In this document: one piece after another, positions 33,873 through 43,949 of the stretch
How the letters are laid out: the number at the start of each line of letters is the position of its first letter
Numbering within the stretch: position 1 is the stretch's first letter
NCBI GenBank assembly: GCA_964612485.1
Contig: CAZTFF010000018.1
Coordinates: 12,598 to 76,597 of the forward strand
Reading direction: 5' to 3'
From: an uncultured Caldilineaceae bacterium
GTDB lineage: Bacteria; Chloroflexota; Anaerolineae; 4572-78; J111
DNA length: 64,000 nt
Position numbers and translations under genes: made by a program
The notes under the pieces: generated by a model
Seen by the model: only the letters and a program-made list of their open reading frames with translations
Databases searched by the model: none
What the model was told of the DNA's origin: nothing

Positions 33873-36086
33873 TCAGTTGTCAATTTCACTGCTTTTCAAT
33901 CGTTCGGTGAGGGCCGACCAGCGCGCGGCAATTTTATCGTTGCGAACGGCCATAGCGATGGCTTTGCGCGTGCCCACGATCACCACCATTTTTTTGGCCC
34001 GGGTGATGGCGGTGTAAAGCAAGTTGCGTTGCAGCATCATATAATGTTGGGTGAGCATCGGCAGTACCACCACCGGATATTCACTGCCCTGGCTTTTGTG
34101 GACGCTCATGGCGTAAGCCAGTGTCAATTCGTCCAGATCGCTGAGTTCGTAAGCCACACTGCGCCCTTCAAAATTTACCGCAAATTCGCCTGCTTCCAGG
34201 TCGATGAGTTCAATCTGGCCCACGTCGCCGTTAAAAACATCTTTGTCATAATTGTTGCGCAATTGCAGCACCCGGTCGCCCATCCGAAACACCCGGCTGC
34301 CGCTGCGATATTCCGGCTGATCGTACCGCAGCGGATTCAGCCGGGCCTGGAGTTTTTCATTCAGCGCCCGCGCGCCCACCGCGCCGCGGTGCATGGGGCT
34401 GAGCACCTGAATATCGGCCGCGGCCACGCCAAATTTTTCCGGGATGCGCCGGGCCACGATGTCCACGATCAGGTCGGCGGCTTCGGCGGGGTCTTCTTTG
34501 CCAAAAAAGTAAAAATCCTGTTTGTCTTTGGGAAACATGGGCCGCTCACCACGATTGATGCGGTGGGCGTTGGTAATGATGGTGCTGTCGGCGGCCTGGC
34601 GAAAAATTACATCCAGTCGGGTAACGGGCACCACCTGGCTGGCAATCAGATCTCGCAGCACGTTGCCCGCGCCCACGCTGGGAAGTTGATCGGCATCGCC
34701 CACCAGCAGCAGGTGGGCGGCGGGCGGGATGGCCTTCAATACGTTGTTCATTAGCACCATATCGATCATCGAACACTCATCCAGGATCAACAGGTCACAC
34801 TCCAACGGGTTGTCCTGGTTTCGCTGAAATTTGAATCCTTCGCTGGGGCTGACTTCCAGCAGCCGGTGGATGGTTTTGGCCTCATAGCCCGTACTTTCCG
34901 ATAACCGTTTGGCGGCGCGGCCCGTGGGCGCGGCCAGCAGCGCACTTTTTTGCTTGCTCTGCATCAATCGCAAAATGGCCTGCACGGTGCTGGTTTTGCC
35001 CGTGCCCGGCCCGCCGGTGAGGAGGCCCACTTTTTGGGTAAGCGCCATCTGCACGGCCTCACGCTGCCGTTCGGCCAGGTCAACATTGATTTTTTTGGCA
35101 GACACCAGCCAGGCAAAGGCTTTAGCCCATTCAATCCCGGCAAAAACTTTTAAAGTGCTGGCCTGATTGGCCAGCAACTGCCGCACCTGCCGGGCCACGC
35201 CAATCTCGGCAAAGTAAAAGGGTTTAAGATACACGGCGTCGATGGGGGGCGCGCCGCTCTCTGCGGGGGTGATGGTTTCAATTTTGATCCGGTCTTCTGT
35301 TTGCAGCGCATCAACCTGCGCGTTCACCTGTTCTGCCTGAACGGCCAGTATTTTTACGGCGGCTTCAATCAGGTGCTCGCGGGGGGCAAAAAGATGGCCC
35401 TGGTCGGCCAGTTGGTTGAGCGTGTATTCAATGCCGGCAGCGATGCGTTGGGGCGCGTCGGCGGCAATGCCCACGTTGCGGGCAATTTTATCGGCGGTGA
35501 GAAAGCCGATGCCAAAAATATCGCGGGCCAGGCGGTAGGGATCATCTTTCACCACGCTGATGGCGCTGTCGCCGTAGGTTTTGTAAATTTTCACCGCCAG
35601 GTTGGTACTCACCTGGTGGCTTTGCAGAAACAGCATGATCTCTTTGATCTGCTTTTGCGCTTCCCAGGCATTGGCGATCATTTTGATGCGTTTGCGGCCA
35701 ATGCCGTCCACTTCTTGCAGGCGCTGAATGTCGGTTTCTATTACGTCGAGCGTGTAAGGCCCAAATTTTTCGGCAATACGTTTGGCCATCACCGGGCCAA
35801 CGCCTTTGATCAACCCGCTGCCCAAATAACGTTTGATGCCCTCGACGGTGGCGGGCATTTCTTCCACGTAGTGGTTAATCTCAAATTGTTCGCCGTATTT
35901 GGGGTGGGTTTTCCAGCGGCCTTCCAGTTTCAGGCGGGCGCCGGGGTTGACGTTTGCCAGCGCGCCCACAATTGTCACCAGGCCAAAGTGCCGGTCGGCC
36001 TGGAAACGGGCCACAGTGTAGCCGTTATCTGGATTGGTATACGTAATGCGCTCTACAACGCCTTTGAGGGTGACAGATGGGTTCAT
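33873..36086 (-). CDS. recD2: RecD2-type SF1 ATP-dependent DNA helicase (RecD/TraA family)
   Basis: N-terminal OB/HhH region, Walker [41 protein letters not shown], and C-terminal [17 protein letters not shown]...[11 protein letters not shown]. Confidence 0.92.
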   Translation of the reverse strand: MNPSVTLKGVVERITYTNPDNGYTVARFQADRHFGLVTIVGALANVNPGARLKLEGRWKTHPKYGEQFEINHYVEEMPATVEGIKRYLGSGLIKGVGPVMAKRIAEKFGPYTLDVIETDIQRLQEVDGIGRKRIKMIANAWEAQKQIKEIMLFLQSHQVSTNLAVKIYKTYGDSAISVVKDDPYRLARDIFGIGFLTADKIARNVGIAADAPQRIAAGIEYTLNQLADQGHLFAPREHLIEAAVKILAVQAEQVNAQVDALQTEDRIKIETITPAESGAPPIDAVYLKPFYFAEIGVARQVRQLLANQASTLKVFAGIEWAKAFAWLVSAKKINVDLAERQREAVQMALTQKVGLLTGGPGTGKTSTVQAILRLMQSKQKSALLAAPTGRAAKRLSESTGYEAKTIHRLLEVSPSEGFKFQRNQDNPLECDLLILDECSMIDMVLMNNVLKAIPPAAHLLLVGDADQLPSVGAGNVLRDLIASQVVPVTRLDVIFRQAADSTIITNAHRINRGERPMFPKDKQDFYFFGKEDPAEAADLIVDIVARRIPEKFGVAAADIQVLSPMHRGAVGARALNEKLQARLNPLRYDQPEYRSGSRVFRMGDRVLQLRNNYDKDVFNGDVGQIELIDLEAGEFAVNFEGRSVAYELSDLDELTLAYAMSVHKSQGSEYPVVVLPMLTQHYMMLQRNLLYTAITRAKKMVVIVGTRKAIAMAVRNDKIAARWSALTERLKSSEIDN

Positions 36087-36122
36087 GATGCCTCTGGGCT
36101 GGATTTTAGCACAAATTGGTGG

Positions 36123-36151
36123 GATTGCTGAATCAAAAAAGGGCGCGTGAG
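36123..36151 (-). terminator. Intrinsic terminator downstream of the 98-aa gene
   Basis: The minus strand reads caaagggcg tctcacg cgcccttttttg, a GC stem followed by a T6 run. Confidence 0.65.
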
Positions 36152-36204
36152 ACGCCCTTTGCTATGATTTGTTTGCAGGGTCTAATTTGCCCGGAAGTAG
36201 GAGA

Positions 36205-36501
36205 TTATTTCTTTTTTTCCTCTTCAAACAAGCCCAGGGCTTCTTCTTCGTCCCAGGTTTCGTCCAGTTCTTTGGCAATGGCGGCGGCCACGTCGGCGGC
36301 TTTACCGTCTCGTTCCTGTTCTTTGCCCCACTTGAACATGGAGGTATAGGCCGCGGCGCCGGTTGCGCCGCCTCGGGCCGCCGCTTTTTCAACGGCTTCC
36401 TGAAATCTGGCCGGTAAATTTTCTCGTACGGTTCCGTTTACATCGGTGGCTTTCACGCCTAACGGAATGTGCTCCCAATACAGTATTTGATATCGGGCCA
36501 T
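36205..36501 (-). CDS. Conserved hypothetical small protein with an acidic C-terminus
   Basis: MARYQILYWEHIPLGVKATD... followed by the acidic tail ELDETWDEEEALGLFEEEKKK. I could not confidently assign a family. It has its own terminator. Confidence 0.55.
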   Translation of the reverse strand: MARYQILYWEHIPLGVKATDVNGTVRENLPARFQEAVEKAAARGGATGAAAYTSMFKWGKEQERDGKAADVAAAIAKELDETWDEEEALGLFEEEKKK

Positions 36502-36747
36502 CTCCTCGGTTTACCTCCATTACTCAACAATTGGCAGTGGGTGAGCAAGCTTGATGTTTTTACTGTCAACGCGCTATCAATAAAATTCGAGCCGAATCGT
36601 TCACGGCAATCCACTGGTTAGTTTACACGTTCCACCCTAAAATTGCAACTTTTTTGCCACCCAAAGGTGTAGAAATGGCCCGTAGCAATCAATTTTAATG
36701 TTTTGATCCTGGAATTTGACCGGCCAAAAACCGGCCCCTCTTTCTTT

Positions 36748-36776
36748 TTGACGTGTTACCGGCTCTATGTTATTAT
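36748..36776 (+). promoter_or_regulatory. Sigma-70-type promoter (TTGACG-17-TATTAT)
   Basis: TTGACG at 36748-36753, an exact 17-nt spacer, and TATTAT at 36771-36776, 32 nt upstream of ATG 36808. Confidence 0.55.
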
Positions 36777-36807
36777 CATTCCCACATCGCGTTATGGAAA
36801 GATAATT

Positions 36808-37386
36808 ATGATTACCGAAGAGACCATTCGTCAATTTGTGGCCCGTGTAAGCGACCAGCATTATGCCATGACCGGGGCGGTTATCGCTGTTTCGGCGGCC
36901 CATGCCACCGCGCTGGGAGAAACATGCATGCAGATCAGCCTGGATAATCAGGTGGATACGCTCGATTGGCGGGATGTTGCCGCCCGCATCCAAAAGATGG
37001 CGCGGCTGAGAGCCGATTTGCTGGCCTGGACGGATCAGGATGCCCAGGCCATCACCGAGCACGTCGCTCCCCGTGAAGCCGGCAGCCAGATAGGCGGCCA
37101 GCGCCTCTGGTTTGAGAGCGCCGCCGAGATCAGCCGCCTTTCAATCGATGCCGCCATGCTGCTGCAAGATTTTCGGCCTCTGGTGTATAAAGATGTGAAA
37201 GATGATCTGGAAATCACCATCAGTTTGCTGACCAGCATCGCCTACAACGCCCTGCTTTTGCTCGACAGCAATTTTAACCTCTGGCCCGAAACCGTTTTAC
37301 GCGCCGAATACGAGGAACTCCGCGCCGAATTGCAGGAGATGCTGCAACAACTAACGCCTGTAGACCGGCTGAAGCCGGAGCATTAA
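36808..37386 (+). CDS. Cyclodeaminase/cyclohydrolase family protein (FTCD C-terminal-like)
   Basis: I prefer ATG 36808 within track ORF 36703..37386. The all-helical sequence begins TIRQFVARVSDQHYAMTGAVIAVSAAHATALGETCMQISL, which resembles the FTCD_C N-terminal motif. The family call is moderate. Confidence 0.55.
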   Translation: MITEETIRQFVARVSDQHYAMTGAVIAVSAAHATALGETCMQISLDNQVDTLDWRDVAARIQKMARLRADLLAWTDQDAQAITEHVAPREAGSQIGGQRLWFESAAEISRLSIDAAMLLQDFRPLVYKDVKDDLEITISLLTSIAYNALLLLDSNFNLWPETVLRAEYEELRAELQEMLQQLTPVDRLKPEH

Positions 37387-37415
37387 GGACCTTAAGACTT
37401 AGAAAGGAATTCACC

Positions 37416-39335
37416 ATGGCTCGTAGAAAATTTAAACGCGCGCCGGACAAATTACCCCAGCATGATGAAATCTGGCACGTGCTCACCCATCACCTGCGGG
37501 TGTGGATTACGCCGGAGTTCGAGGAACCATATCGCCCCTATGTGGTGTTGGCGCTTAACCTGGAGCAGGATATACTTCAATGTATGGAACTGGTTGAAGA
37601 AAAGCCCACCCCTGAACAAATCAGCCAAATTTTGACCAAAGCCATGCAAAAACCGCCGTTGAGCACCGGGCAAAAAGCCCATCGCCCCACCCGCATTCAG
37701 ATTGAAAATGCCGATTGGCTAGCGCCCCTCAAATCCGAATTCGGCAAGCTTGAGATTGGCGTGCAGCAGTACCCCCGCACCGAACAATTGAACATCATAG
37801 TGGCCGATCTGGAACAACATATGCGCAGCCAATCGCCTGAATTTCCCGGCCTGCTCTCCGTAAAAGGAGTTACCCCCGCCTTTCTTGAGACTCTTCTTGC
37901 CGCAGCCGCCGAATTCTATCGGCTTGCGCCGTGGGTCTATTTTGACGACCGGCATCCGTTCGCAATCTGGCTTGAGTCGAAAAAGGAGACCCGTTATTTC
38001 CATGTGATGGGCAACGCCGGTATGGAATACGGCCTGGCCATGTATCGCCGCTGGAGCGACGTGGAACGAATGTACACCTTTGTCGATGATCCTATGGAAA
38101 AATTACCTGAGGACGGCGGCAATTCTTTCTTTTTTTCACCGGTTCATGAGATTCCCGTTGATGATTGGGATGCCATAGAACAATACGGTTGGGATGTAGC
38201 CGACGATGAGCAGGCGTATCCCTTCCCGATGCGATTCTTGCGATACGACAAACCCCAACGCCCGCCGCTGGAAGATTTGCAGTGGTACGAAGCCGTATTG
38301 CGGGCCGTGCCGATCTTTCTGCAAGAGCATTTCTTGCCCCGGGAAAACGATCCGCCCTCTGCCGCCGATCCACTTACGGCCACAATTACGGTTGAGACCC
38401 ACGACGGCCCGCAAGATGTTTCAATCACACTTCCCGGTGGTGAACTGTCTACCATTGATTTTCCGGCGGGCGCAGAGGATTGGCCGGATGATGATGACGA
38501 AACGGCAGACGAGTTGGCCTTTGATCGCCGGGGCATGGAAGGCGCGATGCGGATGTTTGGATCCGGCTTCGACGACCCGGCCCTGAACGAAGCGCAGGAT
38601 TTGATGTACCAGGCTTTTGAAGAAAAGAATCCGGCCAAACGCATCATCCTGGCCCACGAAGCGCTGGAAATCTCTCCCGATTGCGCCGATGCCTACGTGC
38701 TTTTGGCCGAAGAAGAAGCCGATACCGTGGGCCGCGCCCTGGAATATTACCAGAAAGCGGTCGAAGCCGGCGAGCGCGCCCTGGGAGAAGATTATTTTGA
38801 GGAGAACGAAGGCCATTTTTGGGGCCTGCTGGAAACCCGTCCCTACATGCGCGCCCGGCAGGGCCTGGCCGAAATTCTCTGGCGATTGGACAAAACTGAG
38901 GACGCCATGGCCCATTACCGGGATATGCTGCGCCTCAATCCCGATGATAATCAAGGCATTCGGTATTCATTGCTGAACCTGTTGGTACACAACAATCAAG
39001 ATGGTGAAGCCATGGACCTGATTGATGAATATGAAGATGACGCTATGGCCGAGTGGCTTTATACCAATGCCCTGTTGGTTTTTCGGGCCGAGGGAGCCGG
39101 TTCTGAAGCCAACCGCCGGTTGCGTGAGGCGCTGGAACAAAATTCGCACGTGCCGGATTATTTGACCGGACAAAAACGATTGCCGATCAAACGCCCTCCC
39201 TATATGTCCTGGGGCGGTGAGGATGAAGCTGTTCACTATGCCGCCGGCTATCTCGATGCCTGGCGCAAAACACCGGGCGCGCTGGACTGGCTGAAAAGCC
39301 AGCACAAATCGGGATCAAAAAAGAAGAAACGTTAA
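37416..39335 (+). CDS. Hypothetical 639-aa protein with a C-terminal TPR-like region and Lys-rich tail
   Basis: Long clean ORF with typical coding composition. The C-terminal half shows TPR-like helices (AYVLLAEEEADTVGRALEYYQKAVEAGERAL, AMAHYRDMLRLNPDDNQGIRY). The N-terminal half is unrecognised. Confidence 0.6.
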   Translation: MARRKFKRAPDKLPQHDEIWHVLTHHLRVWITPEFEEPYRPYVVLALNLEQDILQCMELVEEKPTPEQISQILTKAMQKPPLSTGQKAHRPTRIQIENADWLAPLKSEFGKLEIGVQQYPRTEQLNIIVADLEQHMRSQSPEFPGLLSVKGVTPAFLETLLAAAAEFYRLAPWVYFDDRHPFAIWLESKKETRYFHVMGNAGMEYGLAMYRRWSDVERMYTFVDDPMEKLPEDGGNSFFFSPVHEIPVDDWDAIEQYGWDVADDEQAYPFPMRFLRYDKPQRPPLEDLQWYEAVLRAVPIFLQEHFLPRENDPPSAADPLTATITVETHDGPQDVSITLPGGELSTIDFPAGAEDWPDDDDETADELAFDRRGMEGAMRMFGSGFDDPALNEAQDLMYQAFEEKNPAKRIILAHEALEISPDCADAYVLLAEEEADTVGRALEYYQKAVEAGERALGEDYFEENEGHFWGLLETRPYMRARQGLAEILWRLDKTEDAMAHYRDMLRLNPDDNQGIRYSLLNLLVHNNQDGEAMDLIDEYEDDAMAEWLYTNALLVFRAEGAGSEANRRLREALEQNSHVPDYLTGQKRLPIKRPPYMSWGGEDEAVHYAAGYLDAWRKTPGALDWLKSQHKSGSKKKKR

Positions 39336-39344
39336 TATAGTCTC

Positions 39345-40313
39345 GTGACCTTTGATAAACAGACTCTAACCCGGCTTGTCCAACCCTTTCTGCCTGTTCA
39401 AAACTCCATTGATTTCACGCCGCTGCAAACCGGCAAACACAACGTCTCGTTTTGGGTTGATTCCGATGAGGGCCGTTTTGTGCTGCGTATTGCCCCGCCC
39501 GATGACGCCGGCTTTTTGTTTTACGAACGCCGGATGATGCGCCAGGAGCCGGACCTCCACACCCTCATCCGCGCCAAAACCGATCTGCCGGTGGCCGAAA
39601 TTATCGGCGCCGATTTCAGCCGCGCCCTCATAGACCGGGACTATTTGCTGATGACAGCGCTGCCCGGCACGCCTCTGAGCGATGCGCCCGGCCTGACCGC
39701 CTCAATGTTTGAGCGGGCGCTGCGGCAGGTGGGCGAATATTTACGCCAATTGCACGGCCTGACGACTGCCGAACATCTGGCGCGCGAACAATTTGGTTAT
39801 CTGGGCGCGCATCGGCCTATGGAGCCGCAGCCTACCTGGGCCGAGGCGTTTCGGGTAATGTGGAATCAATTGCTGGATGATGTGGTGGCCTGCGGCGGCT
39901 ACAGCGAGGAGGAAGGCAGCGCCATGCGGAATCTGCTGGAGCTTCACGACGAGCATTTCAACCGCCCGGCGACGCCCCGCCTGTTGCATATGGACATCTG
40001 GAGCCAGAACATCCTGATCGATGAAAACGGTAATGTCACCGGCCTGGTAGATTTTGACCGGGCGCTGTGGGGCGATATTGAGATAGAGTTTGCCGTGCTC
40101 GATTACTGCGGCATCAGCCAACCGGCCTTTTGGGAAGGATACGGCCTGCCGCGCGACGAGTCGCTGCCCGCGATGATTCGCCGCCAATTTTACCTGCTGT
40201 ACGAAATCCAGAAATACATTCCCATCCGCATCTGGCGGGGCAATGATCCCGCTGCCGCCCGTCAATATAAACAGCAGAGTTTTCAGATGGCGGCTCAACT
40301 GCTCCCGGAATGA
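39345..40313 (+). CDS. Aminoglycoside/choline-kinase-type phosphotransferase (APH family)
   Basis: LLHMDIWSQNILIDENGNVTGLVDFDRALWGD contains the HxDxxxxN catalytic loop and the DFD motif of the APH/ChoK kinase fold. Confidence 0.82.
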   Translation: MTFDKQTLTRLVQPFLPVQNSIDFTPLQTGKHNVSFWVDSDEGRFVLRIAPPDDAGFLFYERRMMRQEPDLHTLIRAKTDLPVAEIIGADFSRALIDRDYLLMTALPGTPLSDAPGLTASMFERALRQVGEYLRQLHGLTTAEHLAREQFGYLGAHRPMEPQPTWAEAFRVMWNQLLDDVVACGGYSEEEGSAMRNLLELHDEHFNRPATPRLLHMDIWSQNILIDENGNVTGLVDFDRALWGDIEIEFAVLDYCGISQPAFWEGYGLPRDESLPAMIRRQFYLLYEIQKYIPIRIWRGNDPAAARQYKQQSFQMAAQLLPE

Positions 40314-40317
40314 GACC

Positions 40318-40896
40318 ATGACCCAAACCCTGCTTTTTTATGGCGATTCCCGCGCCGCCGATTGGCCCGCCCCCGATGTGCCCGGTTATGCCGTGGTCAA
40401 TCGCGGCGTGGGCGGCCAAACCTCGGCGGAGGCAGTGGCTTATCTGGATAGCGCGCTGGCGGGCCTACAGCCCAACATTGTGGTGGTGCAAATTGGGGTC
40501 AATGATCTTTCGATGCTCACCTTCAACCCCAACCAGCGCGCGGCAATTGTAGAGACGTGCCGGCGCAATATCCGGCAGCTTGTGGCCCGGTTAGCAGACA
40601 TCAGCGAGTGCGTAGTTTTGACCACCATTTTCCCCATAGGCGATGCGGAGCTATTCTTTTACGATGTTAGTGAAATGATCGACGCGCTGGATGAGGTGAA
40701 CGACTTTATCCATGCCCTGGCCGGCCCTCAGATAACCATTTTTGACGCCTATGCCGTTTTAGCGGCGGACGACGGCCTGGTTCAGCCCGATTATGCTCTG
40801 GATATGCTGCATCTCAATCCGTTGGGCTACCGGGCGCTGAATCGGGCTTTGATCGATGTTTTTGCCACGTTAGTAGGGCCGCAATCCCCAGTGTAA
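40318..40896 (+). CDS. SGNH/GDSL-family hydrolase
   Basis: ATG 40318 within ORF 40243..40896. LLFYGDSRA (GDS block I), NRGVGGQTS (block II), GVNDL (block III), and DMLHLN (block V DxxH). Confidence 0.82.
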   Translation: MTQTLLFYGDSRAADWPAPDVPGYAVVNRGVGGQTSAEAVAYLDSALAGLQPNIVVVQIGVNDLSMLTFNPNQRAAIVETCRRNIRQLVARLADISECVVLTTIFPIGDAELFFYDVSEMIDALDEVNDFIHALAGPQITIFDAYAVLAADDGLVQPDYALDMLHLNPLGYRALNRALIDVFATLVGPQSPV

Positions 40897-43213
40897 CCAA
40901 TACTCCCACCGACAGCCACACTCCCATGCGAAATGAGATTGGTTTGTACGAAAATACAATCTCGTGTTCCCCGGCGGGCACCAACACCGCCCGGCCAATG
41001 GTGTTGGCGCGATAGATTGGCGTTGGGGTGCCGTCCACTGTCGCCACCCAGCCCGGATAAAACGTATCGAGTAGCACCAGGTAGCCGTCGGCAGTCAGGT
41101 TGGCTTTCAGGCGGATCATTTGAGGATTTTCGTCGATGATGGTGGCTGTGCCGGTGACGCCCTCTGGCGGAGCAGCCGGAGCCGGGAGTTCGGCATCAGT
41201 TTCCAGCACCACGGTTTCAGCGGGATTGATGCTGCGGCCCTGGAGATAGCCCAGCGCCTCTTCCGGCGAGTTGGCCGGCACCACGTCGTGAACAATGAAA
41301 GCGCGGGGCAGCGGGTTCGGGTTTTCGTAAACAAACGACGCCCCCATCTCATCTGAGGCCGCCTCGCTGTAAACCAGGGGATAGGTGGCGGCCACGTCCG
41401 CGCCCATCTGGCCCAGCGTGAGCAGATATTTGGCCCCCACCACCTGGATGGCCTGCACCGGATCGGCTTCGTGCAAAAAGGTATTGTACCGGGCCATCAA
41501 CAGCGACGAGCCGTGGCCGCCCGCGCTCCGCACCCGGTACACCGAGGGAAAATATTGCCCCAAATGGCTGACCGCCGCCGCCTCGCTGCCCATCCCCAGC
41601 GGAAAGACCCGCGCCTCGCCTGCGTTGTCCAAAACGTACTGCGCCCCGCCGGACAATTCTTGCCACCATTCCGCCGGTTTGGTGGGGTTGATGGTGGTGC
41701 CGCCCGCCGCGGCCAGCTCAAGCGCGAGGACCAGGATGAGCAGGATCGCAAAACTCTGCCGGCTGAGTCGTCGAAAGGCGTAGAGCGAGAAAAGCGCAAC
41801 AGTCAAAATAATGTTGACTCCCAGCAGCGCCGCCGGTGTACTTAGCCCAACCAAAAATGAAGGCCACAACCGTTGCCGGTAAATTTCGTCAAAGGTGAAG
41901 GCTTTGTCGAGGATGGCCTGAGTTAGTTTGTGCTGCGGTTCCACGCTAAACCGCCAGATGAGGCCGCCAACCACCAGCAGCACCAGCATACCGATCAAAA
42001 TGGCCAGCGCCCGGCGGGAAACGCTGCGTTGCAGCACGGCGTCCATGCCCAGGCCGGCCAGCACGGCCAGGGCCAGATTGACACCCATCAGCCAGCGGGA
42101 CGGAATGCGGAACAGGTCGAAACCGGGCAGGTATTGGATTACCGTTTGGTACAGCGGCGTGTACTGCCCGGCGGCCAGCAGCCCGGCCCCGATCAGCAGA
42201 AAAACAAAAAATAGCGCGTCTCGTTTGCGGCGCTGCGGCCAGGCAAAAAAAACCAGCACCAGCGAAATGAAGCCCGCGTAAATAAAATCTTCCTGAAAGG
42301 GATCGCCGCCTTCAAAGCCAACCACGTTGTTGCCAAAGGCGCCGGGCAAAAGCAGGTTGAGCCACATGGCCGGCGGCAGCGAGTTTTCGGTAAGGAACTC
42401 AAAGCCGCGTTCCTGAGACCGTACGGAAAGTTGCTGTAGTTCCAGCGTGGGCAGCAGTTGGGGCGCGGCCAGCAGCAGCCCGGCAATGATGACCACGGCC
42501 AGCAGCAAAAGCGTGTGCGCTGCATATTTTAATTTTTGAGATACAGGCCCCATGCCGGAGAAAAAATCGACCGGAAGACGGTACGCGCCATAACTCACCA
42601 TCATCACCAGCGTGTAGAATACAATTTGGGGCTGGGACGTAAAGATTTGCAGCGCCAGCGGAAGGCCCGCCAGCAGCGCCATCAGCCGGCTTCGCTGCCG
42701 GATGGTTTGGATCACGCCATACAGAATCAATGGCAGCCAGGCCGCGCCGGTCATAATGTTGAGGTTGGGAACTTGCCCCATCAAAAAGCCGCCAAATCCA
42801 TAGGCTAAACCGGCTACGGCTGCGGCGGCCCAGCTCAACCCCATTGAGCGGGCCAGCAGCACGGTAAAAAAAGCTGCCAGAGGAAAATGGAGCATAATAA
42901 ACAGCGAGAGTTCCAACGAGGGCGACAGCGAACTCAAAAAGAGCAGGCTGAAGGGGTACAACACGCCTACCTGGGATTCGGCCAGCAGGGGAATACCGGT
43001 ATCTTCGTAGGGGTCCCACAGCGGCACGCGCCCGGCCAACCATTCGGAGGCGGCAAAAATGTGGCGCGGGTAGTGGATCCAGCTCAAATCTGTCCAGTAG
43101 AGCGTTTTGCCGCCCCAAATCAGTTCAGGAAATGCCAGGAATGGGAGGGTAAGAAAAAGAAGCGCGATCCAAAACAGGGGATGATGTGTCATTTTCTGGA
43201 AAAAAATTTTCAA
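40814..43213 (-). CDS. YfhO-family polytopic membrane protein (putative glycosyl-transfer/glycan-modifying)
   Basis: 799 aa with more than 12 TM helices and a large C-terminal extracytoplasmic domain ending in a final TM helix. This architecture and the N-terminal WDPYEDTGIPLLAESQ-type motif are typical of YfhO. Confidence 0.7.
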   Translation of the reverse strand: MKIFFQKMTHHPLFWIALLFLTLPFLAFPELIWGGKTLYWTDLSWIHYPRHIFAASEWLAGRVPLWDPYEDTGIPLLAESQVGVLYPFSLLFLSSLSPSLELSLFIMLHFPLAAFFTVLLARSMGLSWAAAAVAGLAYGFGGFLMGQVPNLNIMTGAAWLPLILYGVIQTIRQRSRLMALLAGLPLALQIFTSQPQIVFYTLVMMVSYGAYRLPVDFFSGMGPVSQKLKYAAHTLLLLAVVIIAGLLLAAPQLLPTLELQQLSVRSQERGFEFLTENSLPPAMWLNLLLPGAFGNNVVGFEGGDPFQEDFIYAGFISLVLVFFAWPQRRKRDALFFVFLLIGAGLLAAGQYTPLYQTVIQYLPGFDLFRIPSRWLMGVNLALAVLAGLGMDAVLQRSVSRRALAILIGMLVLLVVGGLIWRFSVEPQHKLTQAILDKAFTFDEIYRQRLWPSFLVGLSTPAALLGVNIILTVALFSLYAFRRLSRQSFAILLILVLALELAAAGGTTINPTKPAEWWQELSGGAQYVLDNAGEARVFPLGMGSEAAAVSHLGQYFPSVYRVRSAGGHGSSLLMARYNTFLHEADPVQAIQVVGAKYLLTLGQMGADVAATYPLVYSEAASDEMGASFVYENPNPLPRAFIVHDVVPANSPEEALGYLQGRSINPAETVVLETDAELPAPAAPPEGVTGTATIIDENPQMIRLKANLTADGYLVLLDTFYPGWVATVDGTPTPIYRANTIGRAVLVPAGEHEIVFSYKPISFRMGVWLSVGVLVTLGIAALLTWQKHRSKPDSAPGSPTD

Positions 43214-43451
43214 ATCACGTCTCCTGACGGTTGGGTGATGCGGCTGCCTATTCTACCATAAAGTTCTCAAACGTAAAACGTAAAAAACATCGGAGTGATC
43301 TTCCATTCGTGTAGGTCAAAAAGATTATTGCGATTCAACCGGGTGTGAGGTACAATTATCCCAGATTTAACCCAACGGAAGGGGTGGCCTTATCAACGAG
43401 CAAGAAAAACAGGTTCTAAAATCTAAACGACGCGCGGCGTTTCCCACCATC

Positions 43452-43949
43452 TTGGGGCTGGGGGCCGTTATTTTTGCGCTGGATCAGGCGTCTAAATATC
43501 TGGTGCTGCGGCATATCCCCGAAGGCGAGTCGTGGAGTTTCATCCCGTATTTTTCCCGGCTCTTTCAATTTACGCATATTACCAATACAGGGGCGGCTTT
43601 TGGATCGTTCCCCGGCCTGGGTGAGATATTGTTTAAATGGGTGGCGGTGGTGGTAATCCTGGCCATTTTGGCCGAGATTCTGTTTTTTCACAATTTACCC
43701 ACTGAAAACATCGGTGTGCGTCTCAGCCTGGGCCTGGTTATTGGCGGGGCAATGGGCAATTTGATGGATCGGCTGGTGCGGCCCGAGGCGGCGGTGGTGG
43801 ATTTTGTGGATATTGGTTTTTGGCCTATCTTCAACGTGGCCGATATGTCTATTGTTTGCGGCGTCTGCATTCTGGCGTATTATTTGTGGAACGAAGATCA
43901 TCAGCCGGACCAAAGGCTCCATTTATCTAACGAAGGGGGAGAAATATGA
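43452..43949 (+). CDS. lspA: Lipoprotein signal peptidase II
   Basis: LDQASKYLV, NTGAAFG, and VDFVDIGFWPIFNVADMSIVCG (catalytic Asp motifs). The start (TTG 43452) is uncertain. Confidence 0.9.
   Translation: MGLGAVIFALDQASKYLVLRHIPEGESWSFIPYFSRLFQFTHITNTGAAFGSFPGLGEILFKWVAVVVILAILAEILFFHNLPTENIGVRLSLGLVIGGAMGNLMDRLVRPEAAVVDFVDIGFWPIFNVADMSIVCGVCILAYYLWNEDHQPDQRLHLSNEGGEI

Noticed and set aside
36205-36501. Naming the 98-aa protein as a specific virulence-factor-like Pfam family.
   Set aside because: I only have a vague memory of similar YW..IP N-termini and cannot support the assignment from sequence alone, so it stays a conserved hypothetical.
40814-40896. Whether the 83-nt convergent overlap signals a frameshifted pseudogene.
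   Set aside because: Both ORFs are full length with all family motifs intact upstream of the overlap, and nothing suggests a disrupted frame. I kept it as a low-interest finding rather than calling a pseudogene.
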